Positions 48,550 to 58,648 of a stretch of 64,000 nucleotides of DNA are shown here, piece by piece. A program made the position numbers and the translations under genes. The stretch is from Gemmatimonas sp. (GTDB lineage Bacteria > Gemmatimonadota > Gemmatimonadetes > Gemmatimonadales > Gemmatimonadaceae). Location of the stretch: NCBI GenBank assembly GCA_965279375.1, contig OZ257156.1, forward strand, positions 1,088,001 to 1,152,000. The letters run 5' to 3'. The notes under the pieces were generated by a model that saw only the letters and a program-made list of their open reading frames with translations, made no database searches and was not told the origin of the DNA. Positions within the stretch are counted from its first letter, which is position 1, and each line of letters begins with the position of its first letter.

Positions 48550-48576
48550 GTATCGGCCGCTTCCGGCGAAACTGGA
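48550..48576 (-). promoter_or_regulatory. sigma28 (FliA)-like promoter of the BLUF gene
   Basis: Minus strand TCCAGTTT-N11-GCCGATAC versus consensus TAAAGTTT-N11-GCCGATAA; 8 nt before ATG. Confidence 0.6.
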
Positions 48577-48613
48577 GTGAATACTCCTTAACGCGTTCGC
48601 CCGGAATACTGGC

Positions 48614-48641
48614 TAAAGATCTGGGACGAAGTGGTCGAGAA
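48614..48641 (+). promoter_or_regulatory. Weaker sigma28-like promoter of the che operon
   Basis: TAAA-N16-GTCGAGAA. Confidence 0.4.
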
Positions 48642-48647
48642 TAGGCG

Positions 48648-50978
48648 TTGAGTCGAATTCTTCGCTTTATCGGGACCAAGGGCAAGGACGATCTCCTTCG
48701 GGATTTCTTGACAGAGAGCGCGGACAATCTGGGACGGCTCGACAACGATATTGTCGAGCTGGAGCGACACCCGGGTGACATTGCGCTCCTCAATAGCGTC
48801 TTCCGAACGATTCATACCATAAAGGGCACATGCGGCTTTCTCGGCCTGGTTCGGCTGGAAGGCGTCGCGCACGTCGCCGAGAATGTGCTGGACCGCCTGC
48901 GGGCAGGTCAGCTGACGAGCAACCCCGAGCTGATCGGCGACGTCCTCGCCGCAATCGACTGCATCAAGTACGTGTTGCATCAGCTCGAGCAGACGGAGTC
49001 CGAGCCTGAAGGAGACGATCGCGCGCTGATGGCGCGTCTCGATCGCTGGCTGACCGCTGCGCAGGACACGCCCCCTGGATCAGTCGCGCCGCCGAGCGTC
49101 ACGCCCGCCGCCGTCGCCGGGCCGAGCGCCAATGGCGGAGACCCAGTCGCGCCGACGCCATCCGTGCCTGCGCACGCCAATGCCGCAGCTCATCAGAAGA
49201 CAACTCGCACCGAGTCCAACGCCGCCGTGACCGCCGAACACAACGACCATCCCGAGCACACCGAGACGCGTTCTGCGGTGGCGGACAGCTCGCTGCGCGT
49301 GGGCGTCGGCCTGCTCGACACGCTGATGAATCTCGTTGGCGAGTTGGCCCTCGGTCGCAACCAGTTGCTGCAACTGGCGAGTGCGAATGAGGAGTCGCCC
49401 TTCGCCAAGCCGGTGCAGCATCTCGATCGCGTGACGACCGATCTGCTCGATGCGGTCATGCGCACCCGGATGCAACCGATCGGCAATGCGTGGACCAAGT
49501 TGCCGCGTCTGGTGCGCGACCTCTCGCAGTCGAGTGGCAAGCAGATCACGCTCGTCATGCATGGTTCGGAGACGGAACTCGATCGCCAGATCCTTCAGGC
49601 GATTCAGGATCCACTTACGCACATGGTTCGCAACTCTGCTGATCACGGCATCGAGTCGATCGCTGCGCGCGTCGCCGCTGGCAAGCCCGAGGGCGGTACG
49701 GTTCGCCTGAGTGCCCGGCATGAAGGCGGCCACGTGGTGATCGAGATCGTCGATGATGGTGCTGGAATCGACGCAGGAAAGGTGCGTCGCAAGGCAGTCG
49801 AGCGCGGACTCATTCGCGCGGACCTCGCGGATTCGATCCCCGATGCACAGATGCTGCGCTTCATCTTCGAGCCCGGCTTCTCGACCGCCGAGACCATCAC
49901 GAACGTCTCCGGCCGCGGTGTCGGCATGGATGTCGTGCGCAGCAACATTGAAGCGATCGGCGGCACGGTCGAACTGCAGTCGCAGTTCGGACGCGGCACG
50001 ACCGTTCGCGTGAAGATCCCGCTCACCCTCTCGATCATCTCGGCGCTGCTGGTGGGCACGGCCGGTGAAACCTTCGCGGTGCCGCAGATCGGCATCGTGG
50101 AACTGGTCTGTGTCACCGACGAACAGCGCGTACTCGTGGAGACCGTGCACGGCGCGAAGTTCTTCCGCCTGCGCGACACGCTGTTGCCGATGGTCTCGCT
50201 TCGCGAGTTGATCGGTCTCGGTGTCTCGGACGAGACACTGACGAGCAACATCGTGGTCTGTCAGGTCGGCGATGTGCGATTCGGCCTCGTGGTCGAAGAC
50301 GTGTTCGACACGCAGGAGATCGTGGTCAAGCCAGTCGGCCGTCTCATCAAGCACCTGCAGGCATACGCTGGCTGCACCATCACGGGCGACGGCCGCGTCA
50401 TCATGATCCTCGACACGACCGGCATCGCCACGGTCGCGGGCGTCGCGACCAGCGAATCGCGCGACGAAGCGGCCATCGCCGCAGAAGCAGCGGAGCGACT
50501 GCGCGTCACCAACGCGGAGAGCGACGTGGAAAGCATTCTGCTCTTCGACGCCGGCTTTCCGGCGCTGCAGGCCGTCCCGCTCGCGCTGGTGGCGCGCCTC
50601 GAGGAGTTCGCCCAATCGGCGATCGAGGAGATCGACGGACAGTTCCTCGTGCAGTACCGCGGCGCGCTCATGCCGATCGTGCCCGCGAATCCGTCGCTCG
50701 ACATGCGCGCCAAGGATCCGCGCCCGGTCATCGTCTTCAGCGACCGCAATCGCATCATGGGACTCGCAGTCGATGAAATCCGCGACATCGTCGAAGATCG
50801 CGTGTTGCTGCAGCGGCGTGGCACCCGGCCGGGCATTCTCGGCGTCTGCGTGATCGCCGAACGGGCAACAGAGATACTCGACACCGACCACTTCCTTCGA
50901 TTCGCGCATGGCATGGACCGCGAGCGCGACGCGTCTGACTTTCCCGAAATCGCGGCGGAAGAGGTAACGAGCCTATGA
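48648..50978 (+). CDS. cheA: Chemotaxis histidine kinase with two CheW domains and no P2 (start anomalous)
   Basis: FRTIHTIKG Hpt; LMNLVGEL; HMVRNSADHG, DDGAG, GFST, SGRGVGMDVV; tandem CheW domains. Confidence 0.95.
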   Translation: MSRILRFIGTKGKDDLLRDFLTESADNLGRLDNDIVELERHPGDIALLNSVFRTIHTIKGTCGFLGLVRLEGVAHVAENVLDRLRAGQLTSNPELIGDVLAAIDCIKYVLHQLEQTESEPEGDDRALMARLDRWLTAAQDTPPGSVAPPSVTPAAVAGPSANGGDPVAPTPSVPAHANAAAHQKTTRTESNAAVTAEHNDHPEHTETRSAVADSSLRVGVGLLDTLMNLVGELALGRNQLLQLASANEESPFAKPVQHLDRVTTDLLDAVMRTRMQPIGNAWTKLPRLVRDLSQSSGKQITLVMHGSETELDRQILQAIQDPLTHMVRNSADHGIESIAARVAAGKPEGGTVRLSARHEGGHVVIEIVDDGAGIDAGKVRRKAVERGLIRADLADSIPDAQMLRFIFEPGFSTAETITNVSGRGVGMDVVRSNIEAIGGTVELQSQFGRGTTVRVKIPLTLSIISALLVGTAGETFAVPQIGIVELVCVTDEQRVLVETVHGAKFFRLRDTLLPMVSLRELIGLGVSDETLTSNIVVCQVGDVRFGLVVEDVFDTQEIVVKPVGRLIKHLQAYAGCTITGDGRVIMILDTTGIATVAGVATSESRDEAAIAAEAAERLRVTNAESDVESILLFDAGFPALQAVPLALVARLEEFAQSAIEEIDGQFLVQYRGALMPIVPANPSLDMRAKDPRPVIVFSDRNRIMGLAVDEIRDIVEDRVLLQRRGTRPGILGVCVIAERATEILDTDHFLRFAHGMDRERDASDFPEIAAEEVTSL

Positions 50979-51472
50979 GCGCCGGAAAGACGAAGGACTC
51001 CGTCGCATCGACAACGACCGATGCGCATGCAGTCGAGCACGCGGAGTACGTGACGTTCCGCCTGGCAGACCAGTGGCTTGGCATACCGGTCATGGGCGTG
51101 CAGGAGGTGCTGACTTCGCAACGCGTGGCACGCGTGCCGATGGCGCCAACGGCGATCGCCGGCTTCCTCAACTTGCGCGGACAGATCGTCACCGCGCTCG
51201 ATCTGCGGAGCACGCTCGGACTCGCTGCGCGCGGGCCGGATGATGAGGTAATGAATGTCGTCGTGCGCCACGAAGGCGAGCTCTTCGCGTTCATGGTCGA
51301 CGAGGTCGGTGATGTCGTGTCGGTCACCAACCAGTCCGTGCAGCCGACACCGGCCAGCCTCGACGCGCGTTGGCGGGCCGCCAGCGTGGGCATCGTACGA
51401 CGCGAGCATGACCTGCTGCTCGTGCTCAGCGTCAATGAAGTGATCCGGCTCGAACACGTGGCTGTCACGTGA
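50975..51472 (+). CDS. cheW: Chemotaxis coupling protein
   Basis: YVTF, VQEV, VPMAP..IAGFLNLRGQIVT, VDEVGDV. Confidence 0.96.
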   Translation: MSAGKTKDSVASTTTDAHAVEHAEYVTFRLADQWLGIPVMGVQEVLTSQRVARVPMAPTAIAGFLNLRGQIVTALDLRSTLGLAARGPDDEVMNVVVRHEGELFAFMVDEVGDVVSVTNQSVQPTPASLDARWRAASVGIVRREHDLLLVLSVNEVIRLEHVAVT

Positions 51473-51570
51473 CGACCTGAAAAGCACCTCACAACGGCCG
51501 GTGCGATGCTGCCCGGTTGCACACACTTTCCGCCACTCAACGTACACGCCTCAATTTCATAACTACCGCC

Positions 51571-53322
51571 ATGCCGACCGCGAAAACCACTCCGAAGTCG
51601 TCCCGCCCCACTCCTGCTTCAAGCGACAAGCCTCGTATCGAGAAGGCAACGCCGTCCGCGCCGACGCCATCGCGCCGTCGGGACTCCGCAGGACGTGACG
51701 CCGCCGATGAACTCGGACGGAACGTCGCGGAGCTTGAAGCGGTTGTTGCTGCCATCGGGCAATCGATGGCCGTCATCGAGTTCGATCTTGATGGCACCGT
51801 GCTCACTGCGAATGACAACTTCCTCGGCGCTCTGGGCTACACGCTGCCGGAGATTCAGGGCCAGCACCATTCGATGTTCGTGGACGAAGCGGCGCGCAAC
51901 AGCGACGCCTACCGCGCCTTCTGGGCCAAGCTCAATCGCGGCGAGTTCGATGCCGGCGAGTACAAGCGCATCGGCAAGGGCGGACGTGAGGTGTGGATCC
52001 AGGCCTCGTACAATCCGGTCCGCGATCGCGAAGGCCGTCCGACGAAGGTCGTGAAGTTCGCCACCGACATCACCAAGCAGTCGCAGCTCATGGCCGACTA
52101 CAGCGGACAGATCGCCGCCATCGGTGCGTCGAACGCGGTGATCTCGTTCAATCTCGACGGCACCATCGTCGAGGCCAACGACAACTTCCTCGGGCTGCTG
52201 GGATACCGGCTGGACGAAGTGCAGGGCCGCAAGCACAGCATGTTCGTCGATGACGCTGAGCGCAACGGCACGGAGTACCAGGAGTTCTGGGCCAAGTTGA
52301 ATCGCGGCGAGTTCCACGCCGGCGAGTACCGGCGCATCGGCAAGGGCGGCAAGGTTTGCTACATCCAGGCGACGTACAACCCGATCCGCGATCGTGATGG
52401 GAGGCTGGTCAAGGTCGTGAAGTACGCGACCGATGCAACGGCGATGGTTGCGCTGCGCGCCAGCATGCAGAAATTCCAGGCCGACGCCGTGCTCTTGGCC
52501 GATGGCTTTGAGTCCACGGTTGCCGCGATCGCCGGTGTGGTGAGCGCGTCGTCGACCGAACTCGAAGCGAGCGCGCAGGGCATGGCCGCCTCCACCGAAG
52601 AGACGACGCGACAGGCGCAGGCCGTCGCGGCCGCCTCCGAGCAGGCGACGCGCAACGTGCAGACTGTCGCCAGTTCTGCGGAGCAGCTGACCGCGAGCAT
52701 TCGCGAGATTGCGAGCCGCGTACAGGAAGCGTCGTCGATCTCGCAGATCGCGGTCCGCCAGGCCAATGAGACGTCGGAAACGATGGCCAAGCTCGGGATC
52801 TCGAGCCAGGAGATCGGTCAGGTCGTCAAGGTGATCACGTCGATCGCGCAGCAGACCAACCTGTTGGCACTGAACGCGACGATCGAAGCCGCGCGCGCTG
52901 GCGAAGCGGGCAAGGGCTTTGCAGTCGTGGCGAACGAAGTGAAGGAACTGGCCCGTCAGACGGCCCGCGCGACCGAGGAGATCGGCAGCAAGATCGCCGG
53001 TGTGCAGTCAGAGACTTCGCTGGCCGTGCAAGCCATTCGCGACATCACCGGCGTCATCAACAAGATCAACGAGATCTCGACGACCATCGCCGGTGCGGTC
53101 GAAGAGCAGAACGCCGCGACGAGCGAGATTTCACGCAACGTTGGCGAAGCGGCACGTGGCACCGCCGAGGTCAGCTCGAGCATCGCGATGGTCACGCAGG
53201 TCGCGTCGGAAGGCGGACGCACAGCGGAGAGCATCAAGTCGGCCGCGGGCGGTCTCTCGGTGGAATCCGAGCGCCTCAACAACGCGGTGCGTGAGTTCCT
53301 CGGTCAGCTGCGCAAGGTCTGA
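51571..53322 (+). CDS. Soluble methyl-accepting chemotaxis protein with two PAS domains (AerC/BdlA-like)
   Basis: Two ANDNFL..GY..HSMFV..FWAKL..IQA.YNP..VVK repeats; [34 protein letters not shown]; no TM. Confidence 0.96.
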   Translation: MPTAKTTPKSSRPTPASSDKPRIEKATPSAPTPSRRRDSAGRDAADELGRNVAELEAVVAAIGQSMAVIEFDLDGTVLTANDNFLGALGYTLPEIQGQHHSMFVDEAARNSDAYRAFWAKLNRGEFDAGEYKRIGKGGREVWIQASYNPVRDREGRPTKVVKFATDITKQSQLMADYSGQIAAIGASNAVISFNLDGTIVEANDNFLGLLGYRLDEVQGRKHSMFVDDAERNGTEYQEFWAKLNRGEFHAGEYRRIGKGGKVCYIQATYNPIRDRDGRLVKVVKYATDATAMVALRASMQKFQADAVLLADGFESTVAAIAGVVSASSTELEASAQGMAASTEETTRQAQAVAAASEQATRNVQTVASSAEQLTASIREIASRVQEASSISQIAVRQANETSETMAKLGISSQEIGQVVKVITSIAQQTNLLALNATIEAARAGEAGKGFAVVANEVKELARQTARATEEIGSKIAGVQSETSLAVQAIRDITGVINKINEISTTIAGAVEEQNAATSEISRNVGEAARGTAEVSSSIAMVTQVASEGGRTAESIKSAAGGLSVESERLNNAVREFLGQLRKV

Positions 53323-53330
53323 CCGCCACT

Positions 53331-53696
53331 ATGAAGCGCATACTGGTAATCGATGACTCGGGCGCGATTCGCAAGGCGATCCGCCGCATTCTCGAAGGGT
53401 TGTCGTACGAGGTGATGGAAGCGGAAGACGGGCAGAAGGCGCTCGATGTGCTGTTGTCCGGTGCGCAGTTTCAGGCGGTGCTGTGCGACATCGACATGCC
53501 GAACATGGACGGTCTCGAGTTTCTCGGGGCCGTCTCCAAGCGAGGCGTCCTCGCGCCGCCGATCATCATGTGCACCACGCATACGTCGTTCGACAAGATC
53601 CAGACCGCCATCACGCTCGGCGCGACGGAATACATCATGAAGCCGTTTGACGCGACCATCATTTCTTCCAAGCTCGAAGCCTGCGGGGTTGCATGA
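53331..53696 (+). CDS. cheY: Single-domain response regulator
   Basis: IDDS, CDIDMPNMDG, MCTT, EYIMKPFD. Confidence 0.92.
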   Translation: MKRILVIDDSGAIRKAIRRILEGLSYEVMEAEDGQKALDVLLSGAQFQAVLCDIDMPNMDGLEFLGAVSKRGVLAPPIIMCTTHTSFDKIQTAITLGATEYIMKPFDATIISSKLEACGVA

Positions 53697-54793
53697 CTAA
53701 GACCCCGGACGCAATCCGGGTGATGATTGTCGATGACAGCGCGGTGATCCGCGGCGCGTTGGGCCGCATTGTCGATGAGCAGCCGGATATGCTCGTCGTC
53801 ACCACCGCGCCGAACGGCAAGGTTGCACTCGATGCGCTCAAGCACAGCAAGATCGACGTCGTGTTACTCGACATCGAAATGCCGGAGATGGATGGGCTGA
53901 CGGCGCTGCCAAGAATTTTGGCGGAGTATCCGGCCACGCGTGTGATCATGGCGAGCAGTCTCACACAGCGTGGTGCGGAAGTGACCATGCAGGCGTTGTC
54001 GATCGGGGCGGCAGACTTCATTGCCAAGCCGGCGGCGAAGGCCGGGTCAGCGACGTTGGTAGCCATCAGTACGGAGATCGCCAGCAAGGTGCGTGCGGTC
54101 GGCCGCGCGGCGCGCGGGCGCACGGAAACGCGCCCGGCGGCCAGCAAGTCCGCCGCGCCGGTGCGCACCGAACTGCTCGCATCGCGTGGTCCCGTTGCCG
54201 TTCCCCGCCTCGTTGCCATCGCATCGAGTACCGGTGGACCGAACGCGCTTTCGACGGTGCTCAGCGCCCTGCCCAAGACGTTCCCACTGCCGATCCTGAT
54301 TACCCAGCACATGCCCGCGGTGTTTACGACACTGCTGGCGCAACGACTCGAACGCGACACCGGGCGGACATGCATCGAAGCCAACGACGGCGACGACATT
54401 CGCGCCAACGTGACTTATATCGCTCCAGGCGGATTTCACATGGTCGTGCAGACCAACGAAGGCGTGCCGTACATCCGGCTCAGCGAAACGGAACCCGAGA
54501 ATTACTGCCGCCCGTCCGCCGATCCGATGTTCCGGTCGATCGCCGCGATCTACGGTGCGTCCGCCATCGGCGTGGTACTGACAGGAATGGGTGTGGACGG
54601 TATGCGCGGCTGTCAGCAGGTGAAGGAACGCGGCGGACGTCTCGTGGTGCAGGATGAGGCCACGAGCGTGGTGTGGGGCATGCCAGGCGCAGTGGTGCAG
54701 GCCGGCCTCGATCCAGTCGTCGCGCCCGTCACCGAAATCGGCAAGACCATCCTGAACTGGTGCTCGAACAGTGCCGGAGCGATCGCGGCATGA
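53693..54793 (+). CDS. cheB: Protein-glutamate methylesterase
   Basis: REC domain; ASSTGGP, QHMP, RPSAD, LTGMG.DG, VVWGMP. Confidence 0.97.
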   Translation: MTKTPDAIRVMIVDDSAVIRGALGRIVDEQPDMLVVTTAPNGKVALDALKHSKIDVVLLDIEMPEMDGLTALPRILAEYPATRVIMASSLTQRGAEVTMQALSIGAADFIAKPAAKAGSATLVAISTEIASKVRAVGRAARGRTETRPAASKSAAPVRTELLASRGPVAVPRLVAIASSTGGPNALSTVLSALPKTFPLPILITQHMPAVFTTLLAQRLERDTGRTCIEANDGDDIRANVTYIAPGGFHMVVQTNEGVPYIRLSETEPENYCRPSADPMFRSIAAIYGASAIGVVLTGMGVDGMRGCQQVKERGGRLVVQDEATSVVWGMPGAVVQAGLDPVVAPVTEIGKTILNWCSNSAGAIAA

Positions 54794-55647
54794 TCACCCC
54801 GGACGAATACGCTTTCATCGAAGCGTTGCTCAAGAAGCACAGTGGCTTGTCGCTCGGTCCGGGCAAGGAGTACCTGCTCGAGAGCCGGTTGCCGCCGGTG
54901 GCCGTCACCTATGGGCACGCCGACGTCAATGCGTTGATCGCGGCGATGCGCCGCACAACGCCGCCGGCGCCGTTGGTGAAGCACGTGTGCGACGCGATGA
55001 CGACCAACGAGACACTCTTCTTTCGCGACAACAAGCCGTTCGTTGCGTTGGAGAAGGAGATTCTGCCGGCCGCGGCGCAGCGTGCGCGTGCACTCGGGCG
55101 ACCGCTCCGCATTTGGTGCGCCGCAAGCTCCACCGGGCAAGAACCGTATTCCATCGCGATGATCGTCGCGCAGACAGAGCATCTGCTCGGCGGAACGAAG
55201 GTCGAAATCACCGCGACGGATTATTCGGCAGCAGCGTTGGCTCGCGCCAAGGCCGGTGTCTACAATCAATTTGAAGTGCAGCGCGGCTTGCCGATCCAGT
55301 TGATGATGAAGTACTTCACGCAGGTGCCGGAAGGCTACGCCATCAAGCCCGAGATTCGGCAGCGTGTGACGTACCAGGAGATCAACCTGCTGGATCCGTT
55401 TCCATCGTACTGGCAGTTCGACATCATCTTCTGCCGCAACGTGCTCATCTACTTCGACGTGCCCACGAAGAAGGATGTGATCGACCGGATGGCGCGTTTG
55501 CTCACCCCCGGCGGCAGCATGTTCCTCGGCGGCACCGAGAGCACGCTCGGCATCACGGACTCCGTGGTACGTGTGCCGAACAATCAATCGGGGATGTTGT
55601 GTCGTCCCAGTGAAGTGGCCATGCACGCGACGGCCGTCGCGGCTTGA
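54790..55647 (+). CDS. cheR: Protein-glutamate methyltransferase
   Basis: TTNETLFFRD, IWCAASSTGQEPYS, ATD, FDIIFCRNVLIYF. Confidence 0.97.
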   Translation: MITPDEYAFIEALLKKHSGLSLGPGKEYLLESRLPPVAVTYGHADVNALIAAMRRTTPPAPLVKHVCDAMTTNETLFFRDNKPFVALEKEILPAAAQRARALGRPLRIWCAASSTGQEPYSIAMIVAQTEHLLGGTKVEITATDYSAAALARAKAGVYNQFEVQRGLPIQLMMKYFTQVPEGYAIKPEIRQRVTYQEINLLDPFPSYWQFDIIFCRNVLIYFDVPTKKDVIDRMARLLTPGGSMFLGGTESTLGITDSVVRVPNNQSGMLCRPSEVAMHATAVAA

Positions 55648-55670
55648 GTCGGGGCGCGGTGCAGGAACAA

Positions 55671-55707
55671 CAAAAAACGGCGCCCGCGATGTTCGCGGGC
55701 GCCGTTT
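55671..55707. terminator. Bidirectional intrinsic terminator between cheR and tRNA-Phe
   Basis: AAAAAACGGCGCCCGCGA-tgt-TCGCGGGCGCCGTTT. Confidence 0.88.
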
Positions 55708-55729
55708 CTGCTTGTTGAACCAATTGCAG

Positions 55730-55802
<73 letters not shown>

Positions 55803-55924
55803 GTTCCGACCCGAGCAGCGTCCCGCCCGAGCCGAGCTGTCAAACATAACCCGGGAATCCGCGTCGCCAACCCCTCACGCCACAGAAAGGGCCCCGCAAC
55901 GGCGCGAGCTCCCGCGGTACCTGT

Positions 55925-56459
55925 TCAGTTCGCGCGCTTGAGCGATGTCACGTGCGCGTTCACCGCGTGATTGAGCCTGAGCCCGAACACCCCGTCCGGT
56001 GACACCACGGACCGCGGCAGTGACACCGCTTCCTTGCCGTTCACCGAAAACACCACGGTCTGCGGCCCCGCCACGATAGTGAAGTCGTTTTGCATCGCAT
56101 CCTTGGCCGTCGCCAGCTTGATCGACGTCAGATACGTCCAGTCCTTGAGCGTGATCGACTTGGCGCCCACCCGCTGCTTCACCAAAAGCGAGCGTCGTTG
56201 CGCAGCAGAAAGTACGTGTAGCGCTGCGCGTCGCTGCGGAGTCCCTGTCCGCCGATGAACACGCCGTATCCCTCGCGATCACGACCGGGCGTCGGAAACA
56301 GGAAGATGCTGCTCGTGGCCGAGCGTTCGCTTTCCTTCGTTAGCGCCGGTGAGATGCTGCGGCTGCTTGGGCTTCGCCTGCGCCTGTGCGGAAATCGGAG
56401 CGACGAGCATTGTGAGCGCGGCCATCACGGCGGCACTGCGAAATGCGAAGCGAGACTAC
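55925..56459 (-). pseudogene. Fragmented gene for an exported beta-sandwich protein
   Basis: AGGAG RBS followed by TAG where a start should be; signal peptide, middle (IFLFP..EGYGVFIGG..YTYFLLRND) and C-terminus (LVKQR..GLRLNH) lie in separate, frameshifted segments. Confidence 0.75.
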
Positions 56460-56534
56460 TGGCTCCTGTCCTCAAAGAGGACGCACGCGGATCCCCATCG
56501 CTCGCCCTGATAGAGGTGACGGCTCCGGTTACGG

Positions 56535-58514
56535 CTATGGGGTGAAACGGATCGGATAGCTGCCCAGCACACGCGCGTCGCCCAGCGGTCCGACACGCAC
56601 CTGCATGCGCAGGTCACCGGGCTGCCGGGACGTCACCTCGACATCCATCGTCTCGCCGATCGACACCAGCAGATTGTCGGGCGCGCTGCGCGACAGTGAA
56701 CTCGGCACGGGCGTCCCGTCCTTGGCAATCACGCGCCACGCCACGGCGCTGTCTCCGCGCATCAGCCGCACCCGAAGCCCCGAACGTCTCAACGTCATGT
56801 TCACGATGCGTAAGCGCAGGGTGTCGCCCACCCGCACACTGACCGGAGTCGGCTCGCGCCGGGCGTTGAGCAGCACGAAGCCCGCAGCTTCCCTCTGGTC
56901 TGCGGGCGACGACAGCAACACCGCCTGATCACGGACCGGATCGAACTGCTGTCCCGGCTCCAGCACGATGATCGGCCCCGCCAGTCCTGCCGCCTGTTGC
57001 CGGTTCTCGTCGTGATGGGTGTGATAGATGAACGTGCCCGCTCTCGGCGGGGTGAAGCGAACCACGAACGAATCGCCCGGTGCCACCAACGGCGCGAGCT
57101 TCCGCCCACTGCCACTGAATCCAGGGACGCCATCGTAGTAGCTCTCAAGCTCAATCCCGTGCCAATGAACGGCAGTGGGTTCCGCCAGCCGGTTGACGAC
57201 GGTGATCTCCACCGGCTCGCCCCGTGTCAGCACGAGCGGCGGCGCGGCCACCAGCCCGCTGTCCGCCGGAGGCTCGACGCCACGCTCGTTCAAGGCATAA
57301 GCGAATGTCGGGTTCGCAGCGCTGCTTCCCACCGTCGGCCGCACGAGTAGTCGGAGAACCCGCGGCGATTTGGTGTCGGTACTGGCCGAAACGACAGCCC
57401 TCGCGCCCTTTCGCGCCCCGACCACCACACCGAGCACCATCCCGCTCATCCCGTCGTTCGCGTGTGAGCCGTGCCCGGACGTCGCCCTGCCCGCCGTGTC
57501 CCGCGGCAAGCCGAGCGGTCCCCGCGCCTCGAAATGCTCCGGAATGTGGCAGTGAAAGAGCCAGTTGCCCGCCCGTTCGGGTACCCACGTCATCGCGAAC
57601 GTGGCGCCCATCGCCGCGGCTTCAGTGACCTCGAGCGGCGAACGTTCGGCGGTAAACAGCGTGTCCGTTGTGCCGTCGCCGCGCGAGGTCAGGCGGAAGT
57701 AGAACCCATGCAGCTGCATAGGATGCAAGTCGCCCGACGCGTTGATCACCCGCCAGCGCACGCTGTCGCCGACTGTTGCGGCGAGCGGCTCGGTGTTGGG
57801 CCACGAGCGGCCGTTCACGACGCCGAGCACCCGACGCCGTGGCAAGAAGGATCTGGCCACCGTGTCGGTCCACATGCCGATAACGAAGATCCGGTCCGCG
57901 ATCGCCTTTCCCGGAGGGTCGACCACCACGGCCCCGGTGAGCTGCGCATCCAACCCGGTTCTGAAGGCCAACGCCCGTCGGGTGGTGGTGCCCCAGTAGT
58001 AGTAGGTGCCGGCGGCGTCGAGTCGAAACGTGACGGTGCGCTGATCGCCGCGCGCCAGCACCAGCGGCACGGAGTCAGCGGCGCTGGCGAGTGGTCGGTC
58101 GTACAGTCCGTACACGCGAAGCGTGTCGGTCGGGAGCGTGTTGCGGACGGAGACCGTGACAGTGCTGCCCTGCGTGACGCGCAGCAGCGGCCCCGGAATC
58201 CGTGGCGCACCCCCGACCACCGCGAACGCCGGCACGGTCACCCCAGCCCCACCGTCGCCGTGGGGACGCCAATCGGACAGCCGAGCCTCGAGCGCGAGCT
58301 TCCACGCATTGCCGGTGCGCACGCCGGCAGCGATGCGATTGTCGTTCGGCCGTACTCGCATCGGAGCGCCCTGCGAGGGCCCACGTTGCGCCGCGAGCGG
58401 CACGTGTACGAGGGCACCGAGCAAGCAGGCGGTCACACAGGCGTTCAGCACGCGGGCGTTGCGTACGCTGGCGTTGCGTACGCTGGCGTACAGCGCGCGG
58501 TGCAGCGCGATCAT
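56535..58514 (-). CDS. Four-cupredoxin-domain multicopper oxidase-like protein
   Basis: IPGPLLR; HPMQLHG, WLFHCHIPEH in domain 2; VHWHG, FIYHTH in domain 3; signal peptide. Confidence 0.88.
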   Translation of the reverse strand: MIALHRALYASVRNASVRNARVLNACVTACLLGALVHVPLAAQRGPSQGAPMRVRPNDNRIAAGVRTGNAWKLALEARLSDWRPHGDGGAGVTVPAFAVVGGAPRIPGPLLRVTQGSTVTVSVRNTLPTDTLRVYGLYDRPLASAADSVPLVLARGDQRTVTFRLDAAGTYYYWGTTTRRALAFRTGLDAQLTGAVVVDPPGKAIADRIFVIGMWTDTVARSFLPRRRVLGVVNGRSWPNTEPLAATVGDSVRWRVINASGDLHPMQLHGFYFRLTSRGDGTTDTLFTAERSPLEVTEAAAMGATFAMTWVPERAGNWLFHCHIPEHFEARGPLGLPRDTAGRATSGHGSHANDGMSGMVLGVVVGARKGARAVVSASTDTKSPRVLRLLVRPTVGSSAANPTFAYALNERGVEPPADSGLVAAPPLVLTRGEPVEITVVNRLAEPTAVHWHGIELESYYDGVPGFSGSGRKLAPLVAPGDSFVVRFTPPRAGTFIYHTHHDENRQQAAGLAGPIIVLEPGQQFDPVRDQAVLLSSPADQREAAGFVLLNARREPTPVSVRVGDTLRLRIVNMTLRRSGLRVRLMRGDSAVAWRVIAKDGTPVPSSLSRSAPDNLLVSIGETMDVEVTSRQPGDLRMQVRVGPLGDARVLGSYPIRFTP

Positions 58515-58648
58515 TGCGTGCCTGCGCCGCTCAAGGCAGTCGCGCGACATTCCCGTCCCTCCCGCACTCGGCCACCATCGCATAGCCTCGGTCTCCGAAT
58601 GCGTCGCTCGCGAAGATACGCGGCGCGACGCGAGTGCAACTGTGCCGA

